The notes under the pieces: generated by a model
Seen by the model: the letters and a program-made list of their open reading frames with translations, nothing else
Databases searched by the model: none
What the model was told of the DNA's origin: nothing
Shown: in pieces, positions 1 to 10,223 of the stretch
How positions within the stretch are numbered: position 1 is the stretch's first letter
Layout: each line of letters starts with the position of its first letter
Program-made: the position numbers and the translations under genes
Assembly: GCA_963745835.1 (NCBI GenBank)
Contig: CAVUZH010000003.1
Coordinates: 32,001 to 96,000 of the forward strand
Direction: 5' to 3'
From: an uncultured delta proteobacterium
Lineage (GTDB): Bacteria; Desulfobacterota; Binatia; UBA9968
DNA length: 64,000 nucleotides

Positions 1-306
1 GATGACATGCACTGGTCACAACGCGGACCAGACCTTTTATGTCATCGAAGGTGAATGCACGATGCATTTCCCTGATGGCGGTAAGGCGGTAATGAAACCT
101 GGAATGGCTGCAACCATCACCGGGGATCTTTCTACCAGCTGGAAAACAGCGGCGATGGCCCAATGATCATGATGGGCAATCGATCCGGGCCTTCCGAAGC
201 CATTCAGCACATAAACTATAAGCTCAGAAAAGACATCAAGAAACTCAGCAAAGAGGAACTGGAGCGCGGCAATATTCCCTCTCTGGCCATGCAGGCGAGA
301 AGTTGA
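1..306 (+). pseudogene. Cupin-domain protein, 5'-partial and frameshifted
   Basis: Frame 2 reads HNADQTFYVIEGECTMHFPDGGKAVMKPGMAATITG. One extra G at GGGG (122-125) continues as GSFYQLENSGDGPMIMMGNRSG to TGA at 304-306. Matches cupin motifs. A second shift near nt 13 is possible. Confidence 0.6.
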
Positions 307-651
307 AAAATACCCGCATTGATAATCCCCAGTGGCCTCGAGTCCGACGGACATAAGCTCAGTTACGATCGTGGGGTTCAGCCGGGATTTTTCTCAAGTA
401 AACTTACCTGAGCGTCGGTGACACTGAGTAGTCAAACCCGCTCGAAGATCTACCTGCGCGGCTACACTCTCACGGCGGTTCGTCAACTCGATCTATATTC
501 GCTGCATCGGAGCTTTCCACAATAGTTGAACGCAGCAGCACCGTAGGACTGATCAGGTCGCAAAAGCAATCCGTTGTGCTTTTACTTGACGGCTTAGTTT
601 GATTTCTCTAGTGTCGCAACGTTCTCGAGACGACAGATCGTGGAGGATGCT

Positions 652-1647
652 ATGAGGCAAGTGCTCTCAGGTGCTTTCATTATCGTAGTTTTGTTGGCTG
701 GGGTTACTGCTAGAAACGCGCATGCGGCGCAACCATTAACTAAAGTCGTTATGACCACCGGCTCGTTTAGCGAGCGCGAGGCGGCCATGTACGTAGCCCA
801 GGATCAAGGTATCTTCCGGCGCTATGGCTTGGACTTATCGTTTGTTCATGTCCGCAATGGTCCTGTCGGCATGGCCGCGCTCGCCGGCGGCGATACTCAG
901 CTCCACGAAGGCTCCGCCACCGGCGCGGTGCTCGGTTCTGCCGCGGAAGGGACCGATCTCGTGTTCGTCGCCGGCCTGATCAATAAGCTGATCGGCAACA
1001 TCATGGCCTCGCCCAAAATAAAAGTGCCTTCTGACTTGAAGGGCAAAGTCATAGGCGTCACCAGTGCGAGCGGCGGCAGCTGGATGTTCACGACCCTGGC
1101 TCTCGAGTATTGGGGACTAGACGCCAAACGTGATGGCATTAGCTTTCGTATCCTGGGTGATGAATCGGTGCGCAGCCAAGCGCTCGTCAACGACAGCATC
1201 GCGGCAACCCATGTCGGCTATACCTTTGCCGCGCCGCTTAAAAGCCGCGGCTTTACCAATCTTGCCGATCTGGCGCAGTTGCCGATCCCTTTTCAAAGCA
1301 CCGGCGTATTGACCAAGCGCAGCTTCATCAAGGCATCCCCGGAAGTGGTTGAAAGCGTTCTCCGCAGCGTGGTAGATGCGATGGCCTTCATTGCTCAACC
1401 GGAAAACAAACCGGCCGTTCTCAAAAGCCTCGCCAAGGGACTTCGCTTGCCCAAAGTGGAGCAAGCTATCGAAGGCTACGAAAGTCTGCCTTTGTTATAT
1501 GACCGACGCATCTATCCGACGGTTGACGGCATACGCAACGTCATCCGGCTCCTCGGTCTCACCAACGACAAAATTCGCCGGTTAAAGGCCGAAGATCTCG
1601 TCGATGATCGGTTTGTAAGAAAGTTGGAAAAAGAAGGCCGCTTCTGA
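652..1647 (+). CDS. ABC-type substrate-binding protein, NMT1/THI5/SsuA-like
   Basis: Signal peptide ending AHA; AQDQGIFRRYGLD and DLKGKVIGV motifs; GGAGG RBS at 642-646. Confidence 0.85.
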   Translation: MRQVLSGAFIIVVLLAGVTARNAHAAQPLTKVVMTTGSFSEREAAMYVAQDQGIFRRYGLDLSFVHVRNGPVGMAALAGGDTQLHEGSATGAVLGSAAEGTDLVFVAGLINKLIGNIMASPKIKVPSDLKGKVIGVTSASGGSWMFTTLALEYWGLDAKRDGISFRILGDESVRSQALVNDSIAATHVGYTFAAPLKSRGFTNLADLAQLPIPFQSTGVLTKRSFIKASPEVVESVLRSVVDAMAFIAQPENKPAVLKSLAKGLRLPKVEQAIEGYESLPLLYDRRIYPTVDGIRNVIRLLGLTNDKIRRLKAEDLVDDRFVRKLEKEGRF

Positions 1648-1818
1648 GCGATGTCCCAAACGCATCTTATCGGTTGCTGATGCACGCACCGATTTGCGCC
1701 AGTGTTCTGCGGGCTTTCTACTAGGCTTGGATCTGGCGGATTAATAGGCTAAGTCGCCGCACCGGCCCTGGCGCGCGAAGGAGCATTACCAGTCTTCTCC
1801 GGCAGGAAATCGCCCATC

Positions 1819-3654
1819 CTAGGCAGCTTCGGGAAAAACGGGAAAATCCGCGCGTAATTGCTGCTTGGCCATCGCGGCATAGATGCCGCCTCGCCGGAGC
1901 AGTTCTTGATGGTTGCCGTGTTCGACGATCATTCCTTGATCCAAGACGTAAATGCGATCGCAGCTCATCACGGCAGCGATATGATGGCTGACCAGCACGA
2001 CCGTGTGCTTGGCTTTCAATGAACTCAAGGTGTCGATCACGACTTGCTCGTGTTCGGAGTCCAGAGCGCTGGTGGGTTCGTCGAGCACGAGGATCGGCGC
2101 TTTGGTGAGGAGCGCCCGCGCCAGAGCGATCCTTTGGCGCTGGCCGCCCGAAAGGTTCATACCTGAGTCGAGCAATGCTGTTTGGTACTGATCTGGCAAT
2201 GTTTCTATAAAGTTGGCCGCGCCTGCCAGGCGCGCCGCCTCGCGGATCTGTTCGAGTGTCGCCGTCGGGCAACCATAAGCAATGTTCTCGGCGATCGTCG
2301 TCGGTAGGAGCACGCTGTCCTGCAAGACCAAGGCGATATGACGACGGATGTCTTTCAGCTTTATCTGCCGCAGATCATGCTGATCCAGCTTTACCGTTCC
2401 GGCGGTCGGATCGTAAAAGCGTAATAACAAGTTGAGCAGAGTGCTCTTGCCGGCGCCGCTCGAGCCGACAAACGCGACGCTTTGCCCGGCTTCGATGTTC
2501 ACGTCGATGCGCTGGAGAATTTTTTGTTCGGAAGAGTATTCGAACCCGACCGCCTCTAGGATCAAGCTGCGCGGCTGGAGTGGCAGGAAAGTCGCGTCAG
2601 CTGCGTCGGTAACTAGCGCGTCGCGATCAAACACTTCAAATACGCGCCGGGCTCCGGCCAGGCCGCTTTCGAGGTTGAATCTGAAACCGGTTATCTGACA
2701 CAACGGATCGTAGATCATCCCGAGATAGGTCATAAAGATCATCAGTTCGCCCGGCGTCAATTGACGCCGGTGCAGAAGCACCCCGCCATAGGTCAGAATC
2801 AGCGATGCTCCGACGGCAAGAATGACGCCGACGCTCAAACCATAAGCCACTTCCTGCCGGTGGATACCGAACCAGGCGCGCACGCACCGCCGCGCGCTGG
2901 TGCCAAAGCGATGGTACTCATCTTCTTCGCGCCCGAACGCTTGGGTAAGAACGATGGCCGACATGGAACGCTGTACCGAGGTTGTAAACGCGCTATCAGA
3001 CTCTCGGGATTTTCGCGTCTTCTCGCTGAGCCGGCGCCCGAAGATGACATTGACCCACATCAGCGGTGGCGCTATCGACAAAGCGATCAAGGTCAACGTG
3101 CCGTTTCTTCCCATCAGTAATCCGACGATCACAAGGAGCGTGATGCCGGCGACCAGTAGGTTGATCATGACCGTAAGCACCGCCTGAAACCCCAAAGTAT
3201 CGGTGGTCAGCCGGAATAGAGAGTCGCTCATTGGCCGTGAACGATGATAATCGAGATGCATCCCTTGCAACTTGCGATACAAATCACCGCGCACTCGCAG
3301 TAAACCATTGTAGTGGATGCGCGGAGTGAGCAGGCGGCGCGCCATGGCGATCAACTCATGGGCAAACCGCAGTAGCAATGCCATGATCCCCAGGCCGATG
3401 ATGCGCCTTATCGGATCCTCCGGCAGCGGCGCCAAAAATAGCCGGTGCATCCAGTTCTCAGTGCTCGGTGTTCCCAGAGCGGAATCTACCAGCACCGCCA
3501 ACGGCCAGGCTTGCAGCAGTCCGAGAGCGGTCGAGCAGGCGGTGAGCGAGAAGAGAAAAAGGATTAGATGCAGATCCTCGCGAAAATAGCGGATGGCACG
3601 GTACACGTCTTGGAGTGTTTGCGACTTCAAGCCTTCGACGAGTTTATAGGTCAT
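1819..3654 (-). CDS. ABC exporter, fused permease and ATPase (MsbA-like)
   Basis: N-terminal TM domain; Walker A GSSGAGKST, signature LSGGQRQR, Walker B ILVLDEPTS. Confidence 0.92.
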   Translation of the reverse strand: MTYKLVEGLKSQTLQDVYRAIRYFREDLHLILFLFSLTACSTALGLLQAWPLAVLVDSALGTPSTENWMHRLFLAPLPEDPIRRIIGLGIMALLLRFAHELIAMARRLLTPRIHYNGLLRVRGDLYRKLQGMHLDYHRSRPMSDSLFRLTTDTLGFQAVLTVMINLLVAGITLLVIVGLLMGRNGTLTLIALSIAPPLMWVNVIFGRRLSEKTRKSRESDSAFTTSVQRSMSAIVLTQAFGREEDEYHRFGTSARRCVRAWFGIHRQEVAYGLSVGVILAVGASLILTYGGVLLHRRQLTPGELMIFMTYLGMIYDPLCQITGFRFNLESGLAGARRVFEVFDRDALVTDAADATFLPLQPRSLILEAVGFEYSSEQKILQRIDVNIEAGQSVAFVGSSGAGKSTLLNLLLRFYDPTAGTVKLDQHDLRQIKLKDIRRHIALVLQDSVLLPTTIAENIAYGCPTATLEQIREAARLAGAANFIETLPDQYQTALLDSGMNLSGGQRQRIALARALLTKAPILVLDEPTSALDSEHEQVVIDTLSSLKAKHTVVLVSHHIAAVMSCDRIYVLDQGMIVEHGNHQELLRRGGIYAAMAKQQLRADFPVFPEAA

Positions 3655-4049
3655 CCTGATTGAAAATCTGCGGAAGTTTAGATCAATGTCGGAGTAGAAT
3701 ACCGGTGAAGGGGAGGTGGCTGCTTACCTAAAGGCGCACGCAAGGCTCCTCTGTATCTCCTGGTTAGAGTCTCTCGCTGGTGGTAGCGGCTGATTGCCCA
3801 TGTGAAATCGTATTATAAGAGGAGATCCAGGCGCTGAGAAGAAAAAACAATCCCCGGGCAATATTCACTCGAGCCTCGAACGGGGTTAACGCGTGTCAAG
3901 CTTTGGAGGAAGTTCGGTCGGCAGCGCTTGCGCCCCTTATGAGATTAGAGGAGGGAAAAGGGAGAAGATGTCTAAAAAAAGTGCGTATCGGACGTCTAGT
4001 TTCTGCTTTTACCGTCGGCAGATTCACTCTACTGAAGCGCGCCGCCACG

Positions 4050-4078
4050 GCTGGAGCAGCATATTTTTCTGCTCCAGC
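4050..4078. terminator. Stem-loop downstream of pal
   Basis: Perfect 10-bp inverted repeat GCTGGAGCAG/CTGCTCCAGC; no clear U-tract after it. Confidence 0.45.
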
Positions 4079-4104
4079 GGCGCCCGGGAAAATCGTGATC
4101 GATC

Positions 4105-4692
4105 CTATGTCGTAGGGCGTGCAGGTTGAACGACGAATCGGACGCGGCGATTTTTTTGCCAGCATTCTTCGGTCTGTTCCCGACAAACAGGAACTTCTTC
4201 GCCGTAGCTAATGCTTGACAGCCGATCGGCGGAAGTCCCGAGAGTCACTAAATAGTCTTTCACACTCTCGGCACGACGCGAGCCCAGAGCTACATTGTAC
4301 TCTGTGGTTCCTCGCTCGTCGCAATGTCCCTCGATCTGAACTTGCGCCGACGGATTCGCTTTCAACCAGGCCGAGTTTGCCTTCAGGATTTCACGGGAGT
4401 CCGCGCGCAGGTCGTAACGGTCGAAGTCAAAGTAAACATCTTTCAAAGGACTGGACGCAGGGGTCGCGGTTGACTCACCGCGTTGAAGTGCATCGAGGCT
4501 CGAAGATGGCGGCGCTTTTGTCGTTGATTCGGTCGTTTTACCGGAATCGACTTTTTTCTTGGTCTCGGCCGTGGCCGGAGTGGCAGCGGCCGCCGCAGAC
4601 GGTTCAGGCTTATCGGCGGTGGAAGAGCATCCGGCAAACGCGAGGGCGCCGGAGAGAATGATCATCAATGATAAGGTTCGTACGTAGCTCAT
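4105..4692 (-). CDS. pal: Peptidoglycan-associated lipoprotein Pal
   Basis: Lipobox FAGC; OmpA-C motifs VYFDFD, IEGHCDERGTTEYNVALGSRRA, SYGEE, NRRV. Confidence 0.92.
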   Translation of the reverse strand: MSYVRTLSLMIILSGALAFAGCSSTADKPEPSAAAAATPATAETKKKVDSGKTTESTTKAPPSSSLDALQRGESTATPASSPLKDVYFDFDRYDLRADSREILKANSAWLKANPSAQVQIEGHCDERGTTEYNVALGSRRAESVKDYLVTLGTSADRLSSISYGEEVPVCREQTEECWQKNRRVRFVVQPARPTT

Positions 4693-4832
4693 ACCTTTTT
4701 ACCTCCTGCTTTCACGTTATCAGTTTGGCTGGCATTTAGGCGCGGCAGAAGAAGCTATTAATCCTGTCATAGCGTCTGTAAGCATCAGAAAACGGGTAGT
4801 CAAGATCAATGTACAACATCGCGGGCAGACAA

Positions 4833-5930
4833 TCATCTGCTTTGTGACAGAGCGCGCAAATACTCCACCCCGGATTTGAAATCTTCGAATAGTTTCTTGA
4901 CGCCGTCCTTGACGATTCGGTCGGCGGCTTCGCCGGTGATTGGGTCCGGTGCCTCGCCGAGCGCCTTTTCGAAATCGGCGCGGAATTCGGGATCCTGGGT
5001 CATTTTCGCAAACGCCTGACTTAGCGTTGTGATCCGATCGCGTGGGGTGCCAGGATGCAGGCCAACCGAATATTGGAAAGCCTGCGGGATTACCGCCGCC
5101 TTCCAAGCTTCCCACCGGGGTCCGTGTTTTTTCTCCTTGGGCAATACCTCGTCCAGATTCGGCACGTGCGGCAACAGCTTCGAGCGCGTAAAGCTTTCGT
5201 CCGTGCCGATGATTCCGGTTTGCCAGAGAACCGCTGCCGTACCGCTCTTTTCCCTCGGCTGTATGTTGGCCTGGTAACCATCCTGCGGATCTTCGAACAT
5301 GTGGATCTCTCCCTTTTCGAATGCCAAGAGGAGATCCGATGAACCTTTGTAACCGTTGACCCAAGTATGCTCGACGCCATAGAGTTCCAATGCGAGTTTG
5401 GGCCTTATGCTTCTCAAGCTCGACACTCCCGAGCCGCCGACCCGCAACGGCATGCCTACCTTGAGAATATCCTGCGCCTTCTTCAAACCGGTGGTGTTCG
5501 GGTTGGCGACGGTAAGCCAGCTGTCGGCACCGAGCCATATGATCGGCACCTGGCGGATATCGTATTTGACACTAGCGCTGCTGGTCAAAAAAGTGTTCAT
5601 CACCGTGCTGGACGGGAAATGGAGCAAGGTTAAACCGTCCGGTTTCGCCACGCTGAAAACATGGTTGGCGGCAACGAGCCCTCCAGCGCCCACCGTGTTT
5701 TGAACCACGATCGATGGATTTCCTGGAATGTATCTCGACAGATGACGCGCGAACAGGCGCGCCCGGATATCGATCGTGCCGCCGGGCGCAAACCCGGCAA
5801 TGACGCTGACGGTCTTACCCGAGTAAAACGGTTGCTCGGCGGTGAATCCGGGGAGTGTCGATAACCAGCCAACCAGCGCATATCCAAGCGCGATGACAAG
5901 CATCCTCGACCGTATTGTTGAAATTCGCAT
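4833..5930 (-). CDS. Tripartite tricarboxylate transporter substrate-binding protein (Bug/TctC-like)
   Basis: Signal peptide; FYSGKTVSVIAGFAPGG, IPGNPSIVVQN, AKPDGLTL motifs; start chosen at the ATG after GGGAG. Confidence 0.85.
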   Translation of the reverse strand: MRISTIRSRMLVIALGYALVGWLSTLPGFTAEQPFYSGKTVSVIAGFAPGGTIDIRARLFARHLSRYIPGNPSIVVQNTVGAGGLVAANHVFSVAKPDGLTLLHFPSSTVMNTFLTSSASVKYDIRQVPIIWLGADSWLTVANPNTTGLKKAQDILKVGMPLRVGGSGVSSLRSIRPKLALELYGVEHTWVNGYKGSSDLLLAFEKGEIHMFEDPQDGYQANIQPREKSGTAAVLWQTGIIGTDESFTRSKLLPHVPNLDEVLPKEKKHGPRWEAWKAAVIPQAFQYSVGLHPGTPRDRITTLSQAFAKMTQDPEFRADFEKALGEAPDPITGEAADRIVKDGVKKLFEDFKSGVEYLRALSQSR

Positions 5931-6169
5931 CGAAATCTCCCTACTCGCGGATTGTGAAGCGCTGCCCATCGAAACTCAAGTTGTCGAGCGAACCAGATTA
6001 GAAGTCAAGAAAAATCCGATGACCTCTACTTGAGCGACAAAGTTATCCCTAGGGCAGGAGGAAGAAGTTTTGAAAATGACTCGCGGGTGATCCTTAGATT
6101 GGCTTATTTGACACGAGTTAAACCTGATGAAAGAATCCGGATGCTTGGCAGGCGTGTGTCGAAAGGAGA

Positions 6170-6814
6170 GTGGTAGTGGCAGTTTTACAAAGTGAAGTTA
6201 TCCCGAAAAATTCCGGGCGGGCCTATATTGTCAAAAAAGGACAGAGACTGCGCATCGCCGGAAAGAGCATCGTTGATTTTGTCGCATTCAATCTCGACGA
6301 CTTGACCGAACGATTCGATCAGGCGCGGACCAAAACCAATCAGGTCAAAATCTTCATCACCACCGGGGACACTCTATTCTCAAAGCGCAACAACCCGATG
6401 CTGACCGTTGTTGAAGACACGTTTACCGAAGGGCGTCACGATCTTCAAAAAGGCATGTGCAGCCGCAAGCGCTTCGAGATGGTGGCTCAAGGGAAAGCGA
6501 AACGAGTGTTTGCCGAAGGTGTCGATATCAATCCTAAGGCGCCCGAAGAAATCCCGGACCATGGCTGTTTCGAAAATCTGAGCGATGCGCTGAAGCACTG
6601 GAAGATAGCGCCGGACGATATCCCCAGTCCGTTTAATATTTTTCAATGCATGCGCATCGATCCTGAAACGGGAATTATGTACGACACGATGATCCGCCCC
6701 AAGGAACAAGCCCATGTGGATTTTCGTGCCGAGATGGATTGTTTAGTTGCGGCTAGCGCTTGTCCCGAGTCGGGCAGAGGACAGGCAATCCGGGTGGAGA
6801 TCTATGATCAGTAG
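6170..6814 (+). CDS. DUF1989 / urea carboxylase-associated family protein
   Basis: VKKGQRLRI, VDFVAFN, HDLQKGMCS, HGCFENL, PFNIFQ, RAEMDCLVAASACP. Confidence 0.8.
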   Translation: MVVAVLQSEVIPKNSGRAYIVKKGQRLRIAGKSIVDFVAFNLDDLTERFDQARTKTNQVKIFITTGDTLFSKRNNPMLTVVEDTFTEGRHDLQKGMCSRKRFEMVAQGKAKRVFAEGVDINPKAPEEIPDHGCFENLSDALKHWKIAPDDIPSPFNIFQCMRIDPETGIMYDTMIRPKEQAHVDFRAEMDCLVAASACPESGRGQAIRVEIYDQ

Positions 6815-6850
6815 GCAATGGCAGGCAGTATCTAACAAAACAGAAAATAC

Positions 6851-6919
6851 CGCAGAGCCACAGAGCAGAGAAACATCTGATCTCCTGAGAGCCAAACCTC
6901 TGCGCTCTGCGCTTCTGCG
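6851..6919. repeat. Imperfect palindrome of GCAGAG/CTCTGC units
   Basis: Left arm CGCAGAGCCACAGAGCAGAG, right arm CTCTGCGCTCTGCGCTTCTGCG; lies between convergent genes. Confidence 0.6.
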
Positions 6920-6975
6920 CTGAAAAGCATTCTGCTTTCTTCGCAAACTTTACCCCGACTTCCACCCCCATCGCT

Positions 6976-7797
6976 TTAGTTACTAATCTCGAAGGTCAGT
7001 GCTTGCCGGGGCGCTTTTTGATAAGCCTCGAGACCCGCTTCGGCGGATTGGCCTTTTGCCGGAGTCATGAGCCGCGTACGCACGGAAAACTGCAGCGGGC
7101 TTTCGTCAAACGGATAAGGGGTCATCTTTACCGAGCCCGGCCCATTAGGTGTAATCTTTAACTCGGTTTCTTCGTTGCTGTCGTAAGCAATGCGAATCGG
7201 CGCAATCGCATACTCTTTGAACTCCTTCTCGGAAGCGTAGCCGTCGCAGCAGAAATAAAGTGATAGCAGGTCGAAAATCTGCAAGGTGCGGTAGTTGTGC
7301 CAGAGTTCGTCTTCGAAAGCAGGGTTTCCCGCCGCCAAAATTTTCTTGTATTGCTCCTGCTTGGCCTCTAACTCTTTTTTCGCATTTTGAACTTCCTGGC
7401 TTCTCTCGCGCACATTGCCGGCCGGTTTTGTAAAGACATTGTAACGGTTGTGCCACAAGCCGGTGCGATGCATCGACACGATCAACCCGGCGTAGAGGTC
7501 GTGTGAACAAAGCCAATCGACGTTTTTGGCATAGGCCTTTAATTCGACCGCTTCAAACGAGGGGATGTTTTCTCGATGCGCGTACGGCCGGCCTTTTTCG
7601 ACATTGATGGGAGGATTGCCTTCGAATTCACGATAGCCGCTGTCGTGATAGGTAGTGGCAAAGACCATTGTCTTATAGGGGCGGAGTTGCGAGAAGCGCG
7701 CGTTACCCCAGTGAGCGGCGAATTGCGCCGCTAGTTCGGCATGGTCTTCCTGTAGGCTGACGTAAGAACGGCCGTCTTTGAGTTCGCGTATAACCAT
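6976..7797 (-). CDS. DUF3891 family protein
   Basis: QEDHAELAAQFAAHWGN, YHDSG, SMH and LQIFDLLSLYFC motifs. Confidence 0.75.
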   Translation of the reverse strand: MVIRELKDGRSYVSLQEDHAELAAQFAAHWGNARFSQLRPYKTMVFATTYHDSGYREFEGNPPINVEKGRPYAHRENIPSFEAVELKAYAKNVDWLCSHDLYAGLIVSMHRTGLWHNRYNVFTKPAGNVRERSQEVQNAKKELEAKQEQYKKILAAGNPAFEDELWHNYRTLQIFDLLSLYFCCDGYASEKEFKEYAIAPIRIAYDSNEETELKITPNGPGSVKMTPYPFDESPLQFSVRTRLMTPAKGQSAEAGLEAYQKAPRQALTFEISN

Positions 7798-8089
7798 GAT
7801 CGAAACTCCTTCTAATTATTTTTTTGCAGCATTCTAAAAACTCCAACTCTGCCGCGAGTTGCTGCAGTCGCTGTGGCGTGGGTTCGGCGATCTCGACACC
7901 TTCCGTTGTCCCATACACTCGCCTGCGTTGTCAGGCTAAGAGATTCAGATCCCCTGGGTCAGATAACCTTCGTCCCACGACCGGTTCATAGCTCATTTTG
8001 GATTGCCGGAGAAGCGGTTTGCGATTGTTGCCGATGCCCCGTTACTTGCATGAACAGAAAAATGCGATCACGCTGTCACTGGTTGATTG

Positions 8090-8545
8090 TCAGTCAATCC
8101 GACCATCCTCCGAACGCAAAGGAAGAATCAATGTACAGTGTCCGGTCAGGATTTGTCGATCCTCCTGATTCTTGCCTTCGAGCTCACAACTAATCCATGG
8201 GTTAGAAGAATCACTCGACTTTTCAGTAATCCGCGCGAAGAAACGCATGCTATCGCCCTCGAATGTCGAATAGGTGTGGCGCACGTTTATCTTGCGCAGC
8301 CAGCCTCGCGGGCCGATCCAATCCGTTAACATCCGGATAAGCAGCGCCTGGCGATAGGCGCCGCTCGCGATAAACGTTGGCAGCCCATTGTGCCGGCGCA
8401 CATGGTCACGATCAAAGTGCAGGTGCTGAACGTTTTCCTGCAACCCGGCCCACCGTACTGTGTCGACGATCGTGAGTGGGCCGTGCTCCCGCGGCGGAAT
8501 CGAATCACCAATTTGGACTTGATCAAAAAAAATCGTTTGTTGCAT
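8090..8545 (-). CDS. MaoC/hotdog-fold dehydratase
   Basis: FFDQVQIGDSIP; VRWAGLQENVQHLHFD hydratase-like motif; DWIGPRGWLRKI. Confidence 0.8.
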   Translation of the reverse strand: MQQTIFFDQVQIGDSIPPREHGPLTIVDTVRWAGLQENVQHLHFDRDHVRRHNGLPTFIASGAYRQALLIRMLTDWIGPRGWLRKINVRHTYSTFEGDSMRFFARITEKSSDSSNPWISCELEGKNQEDRQILTGHCTLILPLRSEDGRID

Positions 8546-8562
8546 GTTGCAAGCTTGGCTAC

Positions 8563-9678
8563 TTACGCTCCCGTGTTGAAGTTCTTGTGCTGCGGGGGAG
8601 CGTAGCCGAGTTCACTCAGGATCTCGTTGTTGTGTTGGCCCAGTCGCGGCGCCGGGGTAAGCTGGACGCCTGCTACCGTGGCGATCGCTCCCTGGGGAAA
8701 TATAATTCGGCCAAGCAGCGGATGGTTCATCTCTCTTAAAAAACCGCGCGCGACCAGTTGCGGATCATCGATCAGGTCGAGCGTCGTCGATACCGGCGAA
8801 GCAGGGAAGTGTCGACGCTGCGCTTCTTCCACCAATTCCTCTTTAGTGAAACGTTTCGCCCAGGTGTGCAGCCGATCCATAATGAAGTCGCGATGCTTGT
8901 GTTGGTTCTCTTCTTGGGCCAGCGATGGATCCGAGCTGAGGTTCGGATCCTGCACCCAGTTTACGAATTTGTCCCAGCGCCCCGGCCGGTGTATCTGGCT
9001 GATAACCCAATGGCCGTTCTTACACGGCAGGGCTCCGGAAATTGCAGTGATGGCCCCCTTGCTGCCGCGACGCTCGGTGATCGTTCCAGAAAAACTGTAC
9101 TCTACCATGGCCTGCTCGACGAAAGATTCTAACGATTGGCGCACCGACACGGTAGCGGCGATTCCGCGTCCGCAATTTCTAGCTGCCAGCAAAGCGGCGG
9201 CGGTGGCGACGCCGACATACGCCCCCACCGCTAGATACGGGATGTGAGCGCCTAAAATCATCGGAGCCTGATTCGGCTGACCGGTCAGTGATAGCAGTCC
9301 GGATCGCGCCATGGCGCAGATTTCCGGCGCGTCATTCTCAATTTTCGTAACAACAAGTTTTGGATTGGCGTCAAAGCAAAGTTGCTCGTCAATCGGCAAC
9401 CGCTCAGCAACCAGAACGTCACTTCGGCCGAGCAGATCAGTGAACAGTTTTAGGCCGGTGGCGGAATCCAGGTCGAGGGTAAGGCTCTTCTTACCAGCAT
9501 TTAAAAACTGGTGATACGCGCTGTGCTCCAAATCCCGTTTGTCGGCAAGAAAAGGGGGCAGGAGGCGCAAATCGTCGCCGTTCGCTTTTTCGATCCGGAT
9601 GACCTCGTGTCCTTCTTCGACAAAAAGCCGGGTGGCATAAGCTCCTATGATTCCGGTCAGGTCTATTATCCGCGTCAT
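8563..9678 (-). CDS. Class III CoA-transferase (CaiB/BaiF), probable non-catalytic subunit
   Basis: RIIDLT, LNAGKKSLTLDL, APRLGQHNNEIL; no Asp at the usual catalytic position. Confidence 0.8.
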   Translation of the reverse strand: MTRIIDLTGIIGAYATRLFVEEGHEVIRIEKANGDDLRLLPPFLADKRDLEHSAYHQFLNAGKKSLTLDLDSATGLKLFTDLLGRSDVLVAERLPIDEQLCFDANPKLVVTKIENDAPEICAMARSGLLSLTGQPNQAPMILGAHIPYLAVGAYVGVATAAALLAARNCGRGIAATVSVRQSLESFVEQAMVEYSFSGTITERRGSKGAITAISGALPCKNGHWVISQIHRPGRWDKFVNWVQDPNLSSDPSLAQEENQHKHRDFIMDRLHTWAKRFTKEELVEEAQRRHFPASPVSTTLDLIDDPQLVARGFLREMNHPLLGRIIFPQGAIATVAGVQLTPAPRLGQHNNEILSELGYAPPQHKNFNTGA

Positions 9679-10223
9679 CTATTGTGCCCTTCGGGGCGCT
9701 CGGAATAGGTCTTATCAGGAAAAACCGCAAGCGTATGGCGCCGACGCAAGACGATTTGCTCGTCCGGATTTAAAACTTGTTCTTCCTGGGTAATATAGAT
9801 GCCTAATCCGGCGCGGCCCTCGCGGGCGACGATGTCGACGATGCAGCTCCGGGTGAAAAGTTGCTCGCCGAGATAGACGGGCGCGATCCACTCGGTCTCG
9901 GATCCGGCATTACGTACGTTGGTATAGCCGGGCGGCAAGGGCAGCTGCCGCCGCAGGTCCATTGGATCCGCGTTAGCTCTTTCGGTGCTCTCTCTGAAGC
10001 TGAACGGAACCCAACCAACCAAGGTCGGTGGCAGAAGCTGGCCGCGATACCCGGCCGCCCGGGCAAACTGATCGTCGAGCCACAACCGATTTTCATCGCC
10101 GGTGGCATCGACATAACGGCGGACATCGGAGGCGCTGAGAACTTCCAGAGGCCGAGCCGGACTTTGCCGGCCAATCGAGGCGCGCAGTTCCGGCGTTATG
10201 ACGGAAGAGTTTATTTGGCTCAC
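9675..10223 (-). CDS. MaoC-like dehydratase, N-terminal (FAS1-like) subunit
   Basis: VRRYVDATGDENRLWLD, NAGSETEWIAPVYLGE; 4-nt overlaps with both neighbours. Confidence 0.8.
   Translation of the reverse strand: MSQINSSVITPELRASIGRQSPARPLEVLSASDVRRYVDATGDENRLWLDDQFARAAGYRGQLLPPTLVGWVPFSFRESTERANADPMDLRRQLPLPPGYTNVRNAGSETEWIAPVYLGEQLFTRSCIVDIVAREGRAGLGIYITQEEQVLNPDEQIVLRRRHTLAVFPDKTYSERPEGHNR

Noticed and set aside
430-525. KIYLRGY fragment resembling an IS3 transposase C-terminus
   Set aside because: Only about 7 residues match; no ORF, inverted repeats or DDE motif is visible.
4720-5538. 272-aa alternate-frame ORF overlapping the TctC-like gene
   Set aside because: Arg-rich off-frame composition and no recognisable domain.
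7800-8090. Short ORFs in the gap between DUF3891 and MaoC genes
   Set aside because: No RBS or motif, and the frames conflict; a degraded remnant cannot be excluded but is unsupported.
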